This document shows, one piece after another, positions 49,114-59,709 of a stretch of 64,000 nt of DNA. The translations under genes were made by a program, and so were the position numbers. The notes beneath the pieces are model-generated. The model did not search any database. It saw only the letters and a program-made list of their open reading frames with translations, and was not told the origin of the DNA. Numbering within the stretch: the first letter of the stretch is position 1; each line of letters starts with the position of its first letter. The DNA comes from Planctomycetota bacterium (GTDB lineage: Bacteria; Planctomycetota; UBA1135; UBA2386). Where the stretch lies: NCBI GenBank assembly GCA_965223545.1, contig OZ245006.1, positions 7,904,001 through 7,968,000 on the forward strand. The letters are read 5' to 3'.

Positions 49114-49305
49114 GTGTCCGACCTGTTTCTCCCCGTGCTGGTGATGGCCGTCCCGGTCCTCGTAGTCGTGCTGGTGGCCCTGACGACGGGCCGCAAGCTG
49201 AGCGGCTCGTGTGGCGGTGTCGGGCCGGACGGAAGCTGCACGCGCTGCGGTCGACCCGCGGCGGAGATCCCTGCACCGCGGCAGCGCGGTGAGCGTTGTC
49301 CATAG
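49114..49305 (+). CDS. nqrM: Na+-NQR maturation factor NqrM-like protein
   Basis: Single TM followed by GRKLSGSCGG...CTRC; directly upstream of nqrA. Confidence 0.7.
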   Translation: MSDLFLPVLVMAVPVLVVVLVALTTGRKLSGSCGGVGPDGSCTRCGRPAAEIPAPRQRGERCP

Positions 49306-49409
49306 GCGAGCGGAGCCCGAATGGAGACCGTCCGAACCACCGAGGCCCGCGCCGCAACTCCGTAGACCGCCCAGGCGTTGCGCCGGCACCAGGAAACTCG
49401 AGCGTTTCG

Positions 49410-50759
49410 ATGAACACCCACACCATCCGCCGCGGCTTCGACATCAAGATCGCCGGGGCCGCCAGCCCCGAGGTCGAGAGCTGCCCCGAGCCCCCGGTGG
49501 CGGGCCTGCGGCCCGACGATTTCCTCGGCCTTCGCCCCAAGGTCTTGGTCAAGCCCGGACAGCGCGTGCGCACCGGGGAGCCCCTGCTGCGCGACAAGGG
49601 CCGGCCGGGCGTGGTCTACTGCTCGCCGGCGACCGGCGAGGTCGCCCGCATCGAGCTGGGTGCGCGGCGGTTTCCGCTGCGGATCGAGGTCACTGTCGGC
49701 GACGACGACTTCGCGCCGGTGCCGCGCATCGATCCGGACAAGATCGCCAGCGCGCCGCGCGACGAGCTGATCGCCGCGTTGCAGGGCGCGGGCCTGTGGC
49801 CGCTGTTGCGGCAGCGGCCGGTGGGCAAGATCGCCGACCCGGCGGCGCTGCCGGCGGCGATCTACGTCAACGGCCTCGACACCGAGCCACTGGCGTGCGA
49901 CCCCGCGATCGCGGTGCGCGGTCGGGGTGAAGCGTTGCAGCTGGGGATCGATCTGCTGGCGCGGCTGACCGAGGGCAAGGTGTTCGTCACCCGGCGCGCC
50001 GGCGCACTCGCGCCGGAGCTGGCGGGATTGCGCAACGCCGAGGTGCACGATTTCGCGGGGCCGCACCCGGCGGGGTTGGTGGGCACGCACATCGCGATGA
50101 TCGCGCCGCTCGGGGCCGGCCGCGTGGCCTGGTATCTCAAGGCGCAGGAAGCCGTCGCCATCGGCGAGTGGTTGGCGACCGGGCACTATCCGACGCACCG
50201 GGTGGTCGCCGTCGCCGGCTCGGCCGCGCCGCGCCGCAGCTACTGCCGGGTGCGCAACGGTGCGCTGTTGTCGGCCGTGATGGGCGGTGCGCCGCCGGCC
50301 GATGCGCGGGTCATCGACGGCACCGTGCTGAGCGGAGTCAAGTCGGCGGCGGATGGCCTGCTCGGCTTCTACACGCACACCGTGACCGTCATCCCCAGCG
50401 GGGCCGACACCCGCGACTTGTTCGGCTGGGCGACGCCGCAGTTCGGCCGCCACAGCGCGTCGCGGTCGGTGTTCGGCTGGGTGGCGCCCAAGGACCAGTA
50501 CGAGCTGGACGCCCGCATGAACGGCGGGCCGCGCAATATCGTCAACATCGGCGCGTGGGAAGACATGACCCCGCTCGACATTCACCCGACGTTCTTGGTG
50601 CGGGCGATCCAGGCCGGCGATCTCGAGGAGGCCCTCGGGCTCGGCTTGCTCGAGGTCACCGAGGAGGACGTCGCGCTCTGCACGTATGCCGACCCCTGCA
50701 AGATCGAGGTCGGTGACATCGTCCGCAAGGGGCTCGACTTGTTCGAGAAGGAAGGCTAG
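49410..50759 (+). CDS. nqrA: Na+-translocating NADH:quinone reductase subunit A
   Basis: IRRGFDIKIAG, SPATGEV, GPHPAGLVGTHI, LGLLEVTEEDVALCTYADPCK. Confidence 0.95.
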   Translation: MNTHTIRRGFDIKIAGAASPEVESCPEPPVAGLRPDDFLGLRPKVLVKPGQRVRTGEPLLRDKGRPGVVYCSPATGEVARIELGARRFPLRIEVTVGDDDFAPVPRIDPDKIASAPRDELIAALQGAGLWPLLRQRPVGKIADPAALPAAIYVNGLDTEPLACDPAIAVRGRGEALQLGIDLLARLTEGKVFVTRRAGALAPELAGLRNAEVHDFAGPHPAGLVGTHIAMIAPLGAGRVAWYLKAQEAVAIGEWLATGHYPTHRVVAVAGSAAPRRSYCRVRNGALLSAVMGGAPPADARVIDGTVLSGVKSAADGLLGFYTHTVTVIPSGADTRDLFGWATPQFGRHSASRSVFGWVAPKDQYELDARMNGGPRNIVNIGAWEDMTPLDIHPTFLVRAIQAGDLEEALGLGLLEVTEEDVALCTYADPCKIEVGDIVRKGLDLFEKEG

Positions 50760-50766
50760 AGGCGCG

Positions 50767-52086
50767 ATGAAGCTGCTCCGCAACCTCGTCGACTCCGGGC
50801 GCAAGCTCTACCACGCGCCGGACAGCAAGCTGCACAAGGCGTGGCCGCTGTTCGACGCCATGGAGACGTTCCTGTTCACGCCGTCCAACACGACGCCGGC
50901 GCGCGGTCCGCACGTGCGTGACTACATCGATCTCAAGCGGACGATGTGGACGGTCATCATCGCGTTGGTGCCGTGCTTGCTGTGGTCGTTCTACAACACC
51001 GGCTACCAGCACTTCGCCGCGCTGGCGGCGATGGCCGGCGATGGCGGCGCGTCGGCGTATCCCGAGCAGGTCGGCTGGCTGCAGTCGCTGCTGTTCGGCG
51101 CGGCCTACGCCCCGGATGTCGCCAACCCGGGGTTCGGCGACATCATCGCCTTCGGCTTCCAGCAGATGCTGCCGATCTTGTTCGTCAGCTACTTCGTCGG
51201 GCTGAACATTGAGGGCGCGTTCGCCGTCTGGCGTAAAGAAGAGATCAGCGAGGGCTATCTGGTCACCGGCATGCTGATCGCGCTGATCGTGCCGCCGTCG
51301 ATCCCGCTGTGGCAGCTGGCGCTCGCCGTCGCGTTCTCGGTGATCCTGGTCAAGGAAGTGTTCGGCGGCACCGGCCACAACATCTTCAACGTCGCGCTGA
51401 TGGCGCGCGCGTTCTTGTTCTTCGGCTACCCGGCGCAGATCAGCGGCGACTTCGTCTGGGTCGCGGGCAACGCCGAGCGTTCGCTGATCGACGGCTATGC
51501 CCACCCGACGCCGCTGGCGGCGGCGGCCAAGGCGCAGCTTTCGAGCAACCACCTGCCGAGCGAGGGGATCCCCGACCTCGCCGCCAGTGCTGCCGACGCG
51601 GTGCAGCACGCCGGCTACTCGTGGTGGGACCTGTTCTTCGGTCTGGTGCCCGGCAGCGCCGGCGAGACCAGCACGTTCTGTGCCCTGCTCGGGGCGGTGC
51701 TGCTGCTGGTCACCGGTATCGGTTCGTGGCGCACGATGGCGGCCTGTGTGATCGGTGTCGTCGGCACGGCTTGGCTGATGAACATCGCCGCCGGCCACCT
51801 CGACGGCATCGGCGGCTTGCCCCCGCACTACCACCTGGTGATGGGGGGCTTCGCGTTCGGTGCGGTGTTCATGGCGACCGATCCGGTCTCCAGCCCGGAA
51901 ACCAACCGCGGCAAGTGGATCTACGGCATCCTGATCGGAGTGCTGACCGTCCTGGTGCGGGCCGTCAATCCGGCCTACCCCGAGGGCGTGATGTTGGCGA
52001 TCTTGTTGATGAACGCCTTCGCCCCGACCATCGACCACTTCGTCGTCGCCGCCAACGTGCGGAGAAGGAAGGCCCGTCTTGGATAA
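50767..52086 (+). CDS. nqrB: Na+-NQR subunit B
   Basis: PHVRDYIDLKRTM, KEVFGGTG, YPAQISGD, GSAGETS, FMATDPVS, YPEGVMLAIL. Confidence 0.96.
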   Translation: MKLLRNLVDSGRKLYHAPDSKLHKAWPLFDAMETFLFTPSNTTPARGPHVRDYIDLKRTMWTVIIALVPCLLWSFYNTGYQHFAALAAMAGDGGASAYPEQVGWLQSLLFGAAYAPDVANPGFGDIIAFGFQQMLPILFVSYFVGLNIEGAFAVWRKEEISEGYLVTGMLIALIVPPSIPLWQLALAVAFSVILVKEVFGGTGHNIFNVALMARAFLFFGYPAQISGDFVWVAGNAERSLIDGYAHPTPLAAAAKAQLSSNHLPSEGIPDLAASAADAVQHAGYSWWDLFFGLVPGSAGETSTFCALLGAVLLLVTGIGSWRTMAACVIGVVGTAWLMNIAAGHLDGIGGLPPHYHLVMGGFAFGAVFMATDPVSSPETNRGKWIYGILIGVLTVLVRAVNPAYPEGVMLAILLMNAFAPTIDHFVVAANVRRRKARLG

Positions 52087-52885
52087 GAACAGCAACACCT
52101 ACACGCTCGGCTTCGCCGCGGCGCTGTGCTTCGTGCTCGCCGTCTGCCTGGCGGCCACCTACAACGGGCTCAAGGCGCGGATGGACGAGAACGCCCGGCT
52201 GGACAAGCAGCGCAACGTGCTGCTCGCCATGGGGCTGGTCGACCCGGCTGCGCCGCTCTCGGGCGACGAGCTGGCGCGGCTCTACGAGGAGCGCGTCGAG
52301 CGTCAGGTGCTCGAGGTCAAGCGCGAGCAGGTCACCGAGGAGGTGATGCGCGGCGGCGAGCGCCTGCAGGAGAGCGTGCAGCGGGTCGTCGAGCTGGTGC
52401 CGGTCGAAGCCGAGGCCGACGCGCTCGACGCGATGGCGTCGACGTCGGCCAAGCTGCCCAAGGCGGAGCGCGAGCACGTCGAGCTGTTCCGCGGCCGCGA
52501 CGATTCAGGCAACACGATCTACTGCATTCCGATCGAGGGCTACGGCCTGTGGAGCACGCTCTACGGTTTCTTGGCCCTGGAGCAGGATCTCGACACCGTG
52601 CGCGGCATCACCTTCTACGCGCACAAGGAGACGCCGGGACTGGGCGGCGAGGTCGACAATCTCGCCTGGCAGCGCAGCTGGCGCGGCAAGAAGATCCTCG
52701 ACGAGCGCGGCAACCTGCGCTCGGTCACCGTCAAGAAGGGCGTCGTCGACGCCAACATCGCCGCCGAGCAGCGCCACATGGTCGATGGCCTGTCGGGTGC
52801 GACGATCACCAGCAACGGCGTGACGAACTTCGTCGCCGCCGACCTGCAGACCTACCAGCCGTACTTCAAGAAGCTCCGCTCGTGA
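52079..52885 (+). CDS. nqrC: Na+-NQR subunit C
   Basis: GYGLWS, HKETPGLGGE, VDGLSGATITS FMN motif. Confidence 0.96.
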   Translation: MDKNSNTYTLGFAAALCFVLAVCLAATYNGLKARMDENARLDKQRNVLLAMGLVDPAAPLSGDELARLYEERVERQVLEVKREQVTEEVMRGGERLQESVQRVVELVPVEAEADALDAMASTSAKLPKAEREHVELFRGRDDSGNTIYCIPIEGYGLWSTLYGFLALEQDLDTVRGITFYAHKETPGLGGEVDNLAWQRSWRGKKILDERGNLRSVTVKKGVVDANIAAEQRHMVDGLSGATITSNGVTNFVAADLQTYQPYFKKLRS

Positions 52886-52892
52886 GACGTCC

Positions 52893-53582
52893 ATGACAGC
52901 GACAGCCGAAGCCCCTCCGGTTACCGAATCACCGGCGCCAAAACCGCCGCTGTTCGGCAAACAGGAGAAGAGCGCGGTCCTCGACCCGCTGATGAACGAC
53001 AACCCGATCGCCACCCAGGTGCTGGGCATCTGCTCCGCGCTGGCGGTGACGGTCAAGTTGGAGACCGCCGTCGTGATGTCGGCGGCGGTGATCGCGGTGC
53101 TGTGCTCCAGCAACGTGGTCATCTCGCTGCTGCGCGACCGAATTCCGAACAAGATCCGGATCATCGTCATGCTGACGGTGATCTCGAGCCTGGTGACGGT
53201 GGTCGACCTGACCCTGCGGGCGTTCGCCTTCGACGTCTCGAAGCAGATGACGGTGTTTGTCAGCCTGATCGTCACCAACTGCATCGTGATGGGGCGGGCC
53301 GAGGCGTTCGCCATGAGCAACCCGCCGTGGCGCGCCTTCCTCGACGGTTTGGGCAACGCGCTGGGCTATGCCTGGATCCTGCTGGCCGTGGCCGCCTGCC
53401 GCGAGCTGTTCGGCTCCGGCGCGCTCTACGGCCTGCGCGTGATCCCCGACAGCTGGTACGCGGCCAACGGCGGCTGGTACTTCAACAACGGTCTGCTGCT
53501 GCTGGCGCCGGGCGCGTTCATTCTGCTCGGCATCATCGTCTGGGTGCAGCGGGCGATCTCGGCCCGGCGGGAGGACTACTGA
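52893..53582 (+). CDS. nqrD: Na+-NQR subunit D
   Basis: [33 protein letters not shown]. Confidence 0.96.
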   Translation: MTATAEAPPVTESPAPKPPLFGKQEKSAVLDPLMNDNPIATQVLGICSALAVTVKLETAVVMSAAVIAVLCSSNVVISLLRDRIPNKIRIIVMLTVISSLVTVVDLTLRAFAFDVSKQMTVFVSLIVTNCIVMGRAEAFAMSNPPWRAFLDGLGNALGYAWILLAVAACRELFGSGALYGLRVIPDSWYAANGGWYFNNGLLLLAPGAFILLGIIVWVQRAISARREDY

Positions 53583-54229
53583 TGATTGCACTGCTCGCGC
53601 AAGGCGGTGACCCCGGCAGCATCAGCGCGCTGATCAGCCTGGCCGTCAAAGCGATCTTCGTCGAGAACATCCTGCTCGCGTTCTTCCTCGGCATGTGCTC
53701 GTACCTGGCGGTGAGCAAGCGGGTCGAGACCGCGGTCGGGCTGGGCTTGGCCGTCATCTTCGTCGAGACCATCACCTGCCCGGTGAACTGGCTCATCCAC
53801 GAGTACGTGCTGCGCGAGGGCGCGCTGGCGTGGGCGGGGCTGCCCGACACCGATCTGCGCTATCTGGGGCTGATCTTCTTCATCGCGGTGATCGCCGCGA
53901 TGGTGCAGATCGTCGAGATGGCGATCGACAAGTTCAGCCCCAAGCTCTACATGGCGCTCGGCATCTTCCTGCCGCTGATCGCCGTCAACTGCGCCATCCT
54001 GGGCGCGTCGCTGTTCGTCGTCGAACGCAACTACACCCTGGTCGAGTCGACCGTCTTCGGTTTCGGCTCGGGCATCGGCTGGGCTCTGGCGATCATCTCG
54101 ATGGCCGCCATTCGACAGAAGCTGCGGGTGGCGCACGTGCCCGGCCCGCTGCGCGGGCTCGGCATCACCTTCATCGTGACCGGTTTGATCGCGATGGCGT
54201 TCATGACCTTCGCGGGCATCCAGCTGTAA
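53582..54229 (+). CDS. nqrE: Na+-NQR subunit E
   Basis: [39 protein letters not shown]. Confidence 0.96.
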   Translation: MIALLAQGGDPGSISALISLAVKAIFVENILLAFFLGMCSYLAVSKRVETAVGLGLAVIFVETITCPVNWLIHEYVLREGALAWAGLPDTDLRYLGLIFFIAVIAAMVQIVEMAIDKFSPKLYMALGIFLPLIAVNCAILGASLFVVERNYTLVESTVFGFGSGIGWALAIISMAAIRQKLRVAHVPGPLRGLGITFIVTGLIAMAFMTFAGIQL

Positions 54230-54232
54230 GCC

Positions 54233-55471
54233 ATGAGTTTTCTCGGCTCGATCCTGGTCGGCATCGCTTGCCTGACCGTCGTCATTCTCCTGCTGGTCTT
54301 GGTGCTGATGTTCGCCGAGAGCAAGCTGGTGCAGAAGGGCAAGGTCAAGATCGTCGTCAACGACGATCCGGACAGTTCGCTCGAGGTCAATGCCGGCGGC
54401 ACCCTGTTGTCGGTGCTCAGTGGGCAAAAGGTGTTCCTGCCCTCGGCCTGCGGTGGTGGTGGCACCTGCGCGATGTGCAAGTGTCAGGTGACCGAGGGCG
54501 GTGGCGACATCCTGCCGACCGAGAAGACGCACATCTCTCGCTCCGAGGCCAAGGAGCACTGGCGGCTCGCCTGCCAGGTCAAGGTCAAGGAGGACATGAA
54601 GATCCGCGTCCCGGACGAGGTCTTCAGCATCAAGAAGTGGGAGTGTGAGGTCGTCTCCAACGAGAACGTCGCCACCTTCATCAAGGAGTTCGTGGTCAAG
54701 CTGCCGGAAGGGGAGTTCCTCAACTTCGAGTCCGGCGGCTACATCCAGATCGACGTTCCGGAGTACCGCGGCATCAAGTTCAAGGACTTCGCCATCGAGG
54801 AGCAGTTCCACGAGGACTGGGACCGCTTCAAGGTCTGGGACTACGTCGCCAACAACCCCGAGCCGTGCTTTCGCGCCTACTCGATGGCCAACCACCCGGC
54901 CGAGGGCAACATCATCATGCTCAACATCCGCATTGCGACTCCACCGCCGCGGACGGAGGGCATCCCGCCGGGAATCTGCTCGAGCTACGTGTTCAGCCGC
55001 AAGCCGGGCGACAAGGTCACCATCTCGGGCCCGTACGGCGAGTTCTTCATCCAGGAGACCGATCGGGAGATGGTCTACATCGGCGGTGGAGCGGGCATGG
55101 CCCCGCTGCGCAGCCACATCTTTCACCTGTTCCACACGCTGAAGACCGGCCGCAAGGTCAGCTACTGGTACGGAGCGCGCAGCAAGCGCGAGATCTTCTA
55201 CGAGGACCATTTCCGCGCGATCGAGCAGGAGTTCCCCAACTTCTCGTTCCACATCGCCCTGTCGGATCCGCTGCCCGAAGACAACTGGGACGGCTACACG
55301 GGGTTCATCCACCAAGTCGTGCGCGACAACCATCTCGATCAGCACGAGGATCTCGACGAGATCGAGTTCTACCTCTGCGGTCCGCCGATGATGCTGTCTG
55401 CGTGCCTGAAGATGTTCGACGAGCTCGGCATCGAAGACGACATGGTGCGCTTCGACGACTTCGGCTCGTGA
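54233..55471 (+). CDS. nqrF: Na+-NQR subunit F
   Basis: [42 protein letters not shown]. Confidence 0.97.
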   Translation: MSFLGSILVGIACLTVVILLLVLVLMFAESKLVQKGKVKIVVNDDPDSSLEVNAGGTLLSVLSGQKVFLPSACGGGGTCAMCKCQVTEGGGDILPTEKTHISRSEAKEHWRLACQVKVKEDMKIRVPDEVFSIKKWECEVVSNENVATFIKEFVVKLPEGEFLNFESGGYIQIDVPEYRGIKFKDFAIEEQFHEDWDRFKVWDYVANNPEPCFRAYSMANHPAEGNIIMLNIRIATPPPRTEGIPPGICSSYVFSRKPGDKVTISGPYGEFFIQETDREMVYIGGGAGMAPLRSHIFHLFHTLKTGRKVSYWYGARSKREIFYEDHFRAIEQEFPNFSFHIALSDPLPEDNWDGYTGFIHQVVRDNHLDQHEDLDEIEFYLCGPPMMLSACLKMFDELGIEDDMVRFDDFGS

Positions 55472-55484
55472 GCCGCGGCCGGCG

Positions 55485-56501
55485 GTGCTGAACCGGCGGG
55501 CGCGCATCTGGGTCACGGCCGCGCTGGTGGCGGGGGCCGCCGTCTATCTGCTCGGGCTGCGCCCCGCCGTGCAGCAGATGCACGGCGGCACCATGGGCAC
55601 CAGCTTCGCGGTCAAGTACGTCGCCACCGCGCCGCGGGACGATGTCGAGCAGGCGGTGCGCGAGACAGTGGCTTGGGTCGACGGCTTGTTCAGCACGTAT
55701 CGTGAGGACAGTCCGCTGTCTCGCTTCAATGCGCATGCTTCCACGGCGCCGTTCGAGGTGCCCGAGGAGGTCGTCGACGTGTGCCGGCTCGCCCTGCGTG
55801 TCGCCGGCGCCAGCGACGGCGCGTTCGATCCGACGGTACGACCCTTGGTCACCGCGCTGGGCTTCGAGGATCGTGAAGTGCCGCCACCTTCGGCCGAAGA
55901 GCTCGCCACCGCGCGCGCGCGGGTCGGTTTCGCCAAGCTGCGCGTCGTCGACGACAGCCATCTCGCCAAGGCGATTCCGGAGCTCGAGATCGATCTGAAC
56001 GCCGTCGCGAAAGGGTGGGCAGTGGATCGGGTGATCGATCGGCTGACGGAACTCGACATCGCCGCGTGTATGGTCGAAGTCGGCGGCGAGACCCGCTGCC
56101 GGGGCGAAAAACCCGACGGCGTGCCGTGGCGGATCGGCATCGAGCAGCCGCCGTCGTCGTCGTCGCCTCCGGCCGGCCTGGCGGAGGTCGTCGAGGTGCG
56201 TGATTTCGCCGTCGCGACCAGCGGCGACTACCGCAACGTGCGCGCGGTCGGCGGCGAGCAGTTGCATCACATCTTGGATCCGCGCTCCGGGCGCAATGTG
56301 TCCACCAATGTGCTCAGCGTATCGGTGCGCGCCTCGACCTGCGCGTTGGCCGACGCCCTGGCGACCGCACTGATGCTGGTTGGCGTAGACGGGGCGACCG
56401 CGCTGTTAGCGGAATTCGACGATTCCGAGCTCGGGGTTTTGTTCCTGCTCCGCGGTGCCAATGGGGAGATTTCTCGCCACTTGGTGCGTTGGTCGTCTTA
56501 G
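55485..56501 (+). CDS. apbE: FAD:protein FMN transferase
   Basis: TMGT, FDPTV, AVAKG, EVGGE, ATSGDYRN, HILDP, ADALATA. Confidence 0.95.
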   Translation: MLNRRARIWVTAALVAGAAVYLLGLRPAVQQMHGGTMGTSFAVKYVATAPRDDVEQAVRETVAWVDGLFSTYREDSPLSRFNAHASTAPFEVPEEVVDVCRLALRVAGASDGAFDPTVRPLVTALGFEDREVPPPSAEELATARARVGFAKLRVVDDSHLAKAIPELEIDLNAVAKGWAVDRVIDRLTELDIAACMVEVGGETRCRGEKPDGVPWRIGIEQPPSSSSPPAGLAEVVEVRDFAVATSGDYRNVRAVGGEQLHHILDPRSGRNVSTNVLSVSVRASTCALADALATALMLVGVDGATALLAEFDDSELGVLFLLRGANGEISRHLVRWSS

Positions 56502-56585
56502 CTACGCGTCGGTATCCTCCAGCCCCTCGCTCTTTGCGAGGAGCCAGTTTCACGGGAACCACAACTCCAAAAAGAAGCGCAAGCA

Positions 56586-57176
56586 ATGATGACACGTTGG
56601 ACTCTGACCGCCGCGTTGGCGGCAATGACGCTCGCGGGCAGCGCTGCCGCCCAGCTCCAGGCCTTCGCCGGGACCTCCGACCGCAAGACCGCGCAGGTCT
56701 TCCTCTTCACCCAAGACGGCGGTTTCAACGTGCACGGGCTGGTGTCCGTGCACTACGGCCAGCCCGAGTGGAAGGACAGCTACGCCGAGCAGATCAAGGG
56801 CGCCGAGGCCGGTACCCGCGCGCGGCTCGGCAAGGACATCTGGACCACCCTCGACACCAGCTGCGCGCTGAAGGCGGGTGACACCACCATTCCCGCCGGC
56901 TTCTACTACCTGCTGGCGGAGATGGGCGCCGAGGGCAAGCTCAACCTCGTGCTGCTGGACCCCAAGGCGGCCACCGAGCAGAAGCTCAACCCGAGCACCT
57001 CGAACATGGCCGAGGGCGGCATCGTCGTGCCGCTGACGACCGACATGGAAGCCGAGCCACAGCAGAAGCTGACCATGGAGATCAAGACCGGCGACGACGC
57101 CAAGAACCTCTCCTTGGTCATCCACTGGGGGCCGGTGCAGGCCACCGCGAAGATGGTCGCCCAGGTCGATGCCTGA
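56586..57176 (+). CDS. Secreted protein, DUF2911-like
   Basis: Signal peptide; VHYGQP, RLG, IPAGFY, IHWG pattern. Confidence 0.6.
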   Translation: MMTRWTLTAALAAMTLAGSAAAQLQAFAGTSDRKTAQVFLFTQDGGFNVHGLVSVHYGQPEWKDSYAEQIKGAEAGTRARLGKDIWTTLDTSCALKAGDTTIPAGFYYLLAEMGAEGKLNLVLLDPKAATEQKLNPSTSNMAEGGIVVPLTTDMEAEPQQKLTMEIKTGDDAKNLSLVIHWGPVQATAKMVAQVDA

Positions 57177-57183
57177 GCGGCCG

Positions 57184-57218
57184 GCGCCGGGGCCGCGATC
57201 TCGTTCGCGGCCCGGCGC
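57184..57218. terminator. GC-rich hairpin between convergent genes
   Basis: gcgccggggccgcga / tcgcggcccggcgc; no U-tract. Confidence 0.45.
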
Positions 57219-57221
57219 AGC

Positions 57222-59660
57222 CTAACGCGAGCCGTCGCCCGAGGGCGCGCGTTGCAGGCCGGCTTCGGCCGCTGCCGGCCGCGCCGCGGCGTTCTTCACG
57301 TGCTCGTCGAGCCATGCGACGGTTTCGGCGACGCAGTGCAGCACCGACTCGCGCGCCCGGTAGCCGTGGCTCTCGTGCGGCAGCATCACCAGCCGCGCGG
57401 TGCCGCCGTGGCCCTTGATGGCGTGGTAGAAGCGCCGGGACTGGATCGGGAAGGTGCCGGAGTTGTTGTCGATCTCACCGTGGATCAAGAGCAGCGGCTC
57501 GTCGACCTTGTTCGCGTGCATGAACGGCGACATGCCGAAGTAGATCTCCGGCGCCTGCCAGAAGGTGCGCTCCTCGTTCTGGAAGCCGAAGGGCGTCAGG
57601 GTGCGGTTGTAGGCGCCACTGCGCGCGACTCCAGCGCGAAACAGGTCACTGTGCGCGAGCAGGTTGGCCGTCATGAATGCGCCATAGCTGTGGCCGGCGA
57701 TGGCGCAGCGATCGCGGTCGGCGACGCCAAGCTCGACCACCGCGTCGATCGCCGCCTGTGCGTTGGCGACCAGCTGGGGCACGAACGTGTCGTTGGCGGT
57801 CTCGGTCGGTCCGATGATGGGCATCGAGGCGCTGTCCAACACCGCGTAGCCGGCCAGGGTGAGGAGCAGGGGCGAGGTGCCGGCCAGCCGGGTGTAACGA
57901 TGCGGCGAGCCCCGTACCTGGCCGGCGTCGGCGGCGCGGGTGAACTCGCGGGGATAGGCCCACACCAAGAGCGGCAGCCGCTGGGTCTTGTCGTAGCCCG
58001 GCGGCGTGTAGAGGGTGCCCGACAACGGCACGCCGTCGCCGCGCTCGTAGTGCAGCAGCTGTTTCTCGATGCCGGCCGTCATGGTCGCCATCGGGTCCTC
58101 GAAGTGGGTCAGCTGGCGGCGCTCACCAGTGCCGGTCTCGACGACGAAGTAGTTGGCGGGTTCGGTGGTCGATTCCGCCCGCAGCAGAATGCGCGTCGCC
58201 TCGGCGTCGAGCACCGCGACGACCTGCTCGTAGCGGCCTTCGGCACACTCGAACAGCCGCTGCGCTACAGTGTCTCCCAGCGGGCCGCGGTCGAGGAAGG
58301 GCCGGTCGCCGGTGGGGGAAGCACCGCTTCCCGCCAGCAGCAGATCGCCGTCGATCGTGTGCAGCACCGAGCGCCCCCGCGGGTCGAGCCGGCGCAGCGG
58401 CCGGCCGGGATCGCCATAGCTGTCTTGCGTCGAGCGGTCGAGCAGTAGCTCCGGCGTGGCGTCGGTCATGCGCGGATGCACTCGCCAGGAGCGGGCGCGC
58501 CGCGCGTCTCGGTCATACTCGCTGAGCAGCGCCCAGTCGCCATCGGCGGCGAAGTCGAGGCCGCGGAACCGGTGCTCGATGCGCAACCAGGCGGTCGGTG
58601 CGGCCTCCCCCGCGGTCCAGGTCATCAGCTCGTCGCGATGGGGGACCTCGCGTTTGGGATCACCGCCGTCGCGGGCCTCGACCCAGTGCAGCGTGCGCGG
58701 TTCGCTCGGGATCCACGCGACGCGCCGCGGCCCCTCGATGACGCCGCCGATCGGCACGCGATCGGCCAGCGGCCGCACGCAGATCTGGCGCACCTCGTCA
58801 CCTTGCAAGTCGATGACCGAGGTCGTCTGCGGGAACGAGCGGCTGGTCACCAGGTAGGAGAACGGTCTCTGCAACGCGGTCACCAGCAGCAACTCGCCGT
58901 CGGGCGAGGGTGCTACCGAGGTGTACAGCGCTGGCGCGCCGATCGCACGCACGGCGTTGGTCTCGGTGTCGACCGACACCAGCTGGCTCTCGGCGAAGTG
59001 CTCGAACAGATCGGCGTCGTGCGGGGTCTGCAGGAGGTCTTGGTAGGTGCGCACCGGAGCGGCGCCACCGCGGGTCTCCTGCACATTCGGACCGGACGGG
59101 GCGTTTGGCGGCGCCGGCGGTGGAGTCGTGCGGGCGACGGTCAGACACAAGAGGTGGCGCTGGTCGGGCATCCACTGCAGCGTGGTTCCGATCGTGCCGT
59201 TGAGACGGATCCCGTCGATCTTGGCCGCCGCGCCGCCGGCGACTTCGGCGACCCAGAGCTCGATCGCGTCGGAGGTGGTGTTGGTGAAGGCGATCCGGCT
59301 GCCGTCGGCGGAGAAGCGCACGCTGCCGAGGTCGGCGTCGTCGGGACCGCGTACTGCCCAACGGCGGCCATCGTCGATGCGCATCAGCTCGAGCTGCCGC
59401 GTGCGCGCACCGCGCTGGCGGCCGCGCGACTGCGGGTCGATGCGGTGCCCTGCCAGGCGCAGCAACGGGCGAGCCATGATGTCGATCGTCGGCATCGCCT
59501 CGCGCGTCGATAGCAGCAGCGTGGTGCGGTCCGGACTGACGCTGACCGACGGCGGTGGGTTTTGGTCGATGCAGTCGACGAGCGGCTGCGGGGGAAGCTG
59601 ATACCCCTGCGCGGCGAGACTCGCCGCACAGGCCACAGCACAGAGCACGGCTGGGCGCAT
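57222..59660 (-). CDS. S9 family peptidase (glutamyl peptidase-like), secreted
   Basis: GHSYGAFM, GAYNRTLTPFGFQ, IHGEIDNNSGT, LPHESHGY. Confidence 0.93.
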   Translation of the reverse strand: MRPAVLCAVACAASLAAQGYQLPPQPLVDCIDQNPPPSVSVSPDRTTLLLSTREAMPTIDIMARPLLRLAGHRIDPQSRGRQRGARTRQLELMRIDDGRRWAVRGPDDADLGSVRFSADGSRIAFTNTTSDAIELWVAEVAGGAAAKIDGIRLNGTIGTTLQWMPDQRHLLCLTVARTTPPPAPPNAPSGPNVQETRGGAAPVRTYQDLLQTPHDADLFEHFAESQLVSVDTETNAVRAIGAPALYTSVAPSPDGELLLVTALQRPFSYLVTSRSFPQTTSVIDLQGDEVRQICVRPLADRVPIGGVIEGPRRVAWIPSEPRTLHWVEARDGGDPKREVPHRDELMTWTAGEAAPTAWLRIEHRFRGLDFAADGDWALLSEYDRDARRARSWRVHPRMTDATPELLLDRSTQDSYGDPGRPLRRLDPRGRSVLHTIDGDLLLAGSGASPTGDRPFLDRGPLGDTVAQRLFECAEGRYEQVVAVLDAEATRILLRAESTTEPANYFVVETGTGERRQLTHFEDPMATMTAGIEKQLLHYERGDGVPLSGTLYTPPGYDKTQRLPLLVWAYPREFTRAADAGQVRGSPHRYTRLAGTSPLLLTLAGYAVLDSASMPIIGPTETANDTFVPQLVANAQAAIDAVVELGVADRDRCAIAGHSYGAFMTANLLAHSDLFRAGVARSGAYNRTLTPFGFQNEERTFWQAPEIYFGMSPFMHANKVDEPLLLIHGEIDNNSGTFPIQSRRFYHAIKGHGGTARLVMLPHESHGYRARESVLHCVAETVAWLDEHVKNAAARPAAAEAGLQRAPSGDGSR

Positions 59661-59709
59661 GGCGCCGAGCTTAGCCGGATCGGGTTGCGGCCGCTCGGCC
59701 TGCTTGCGT

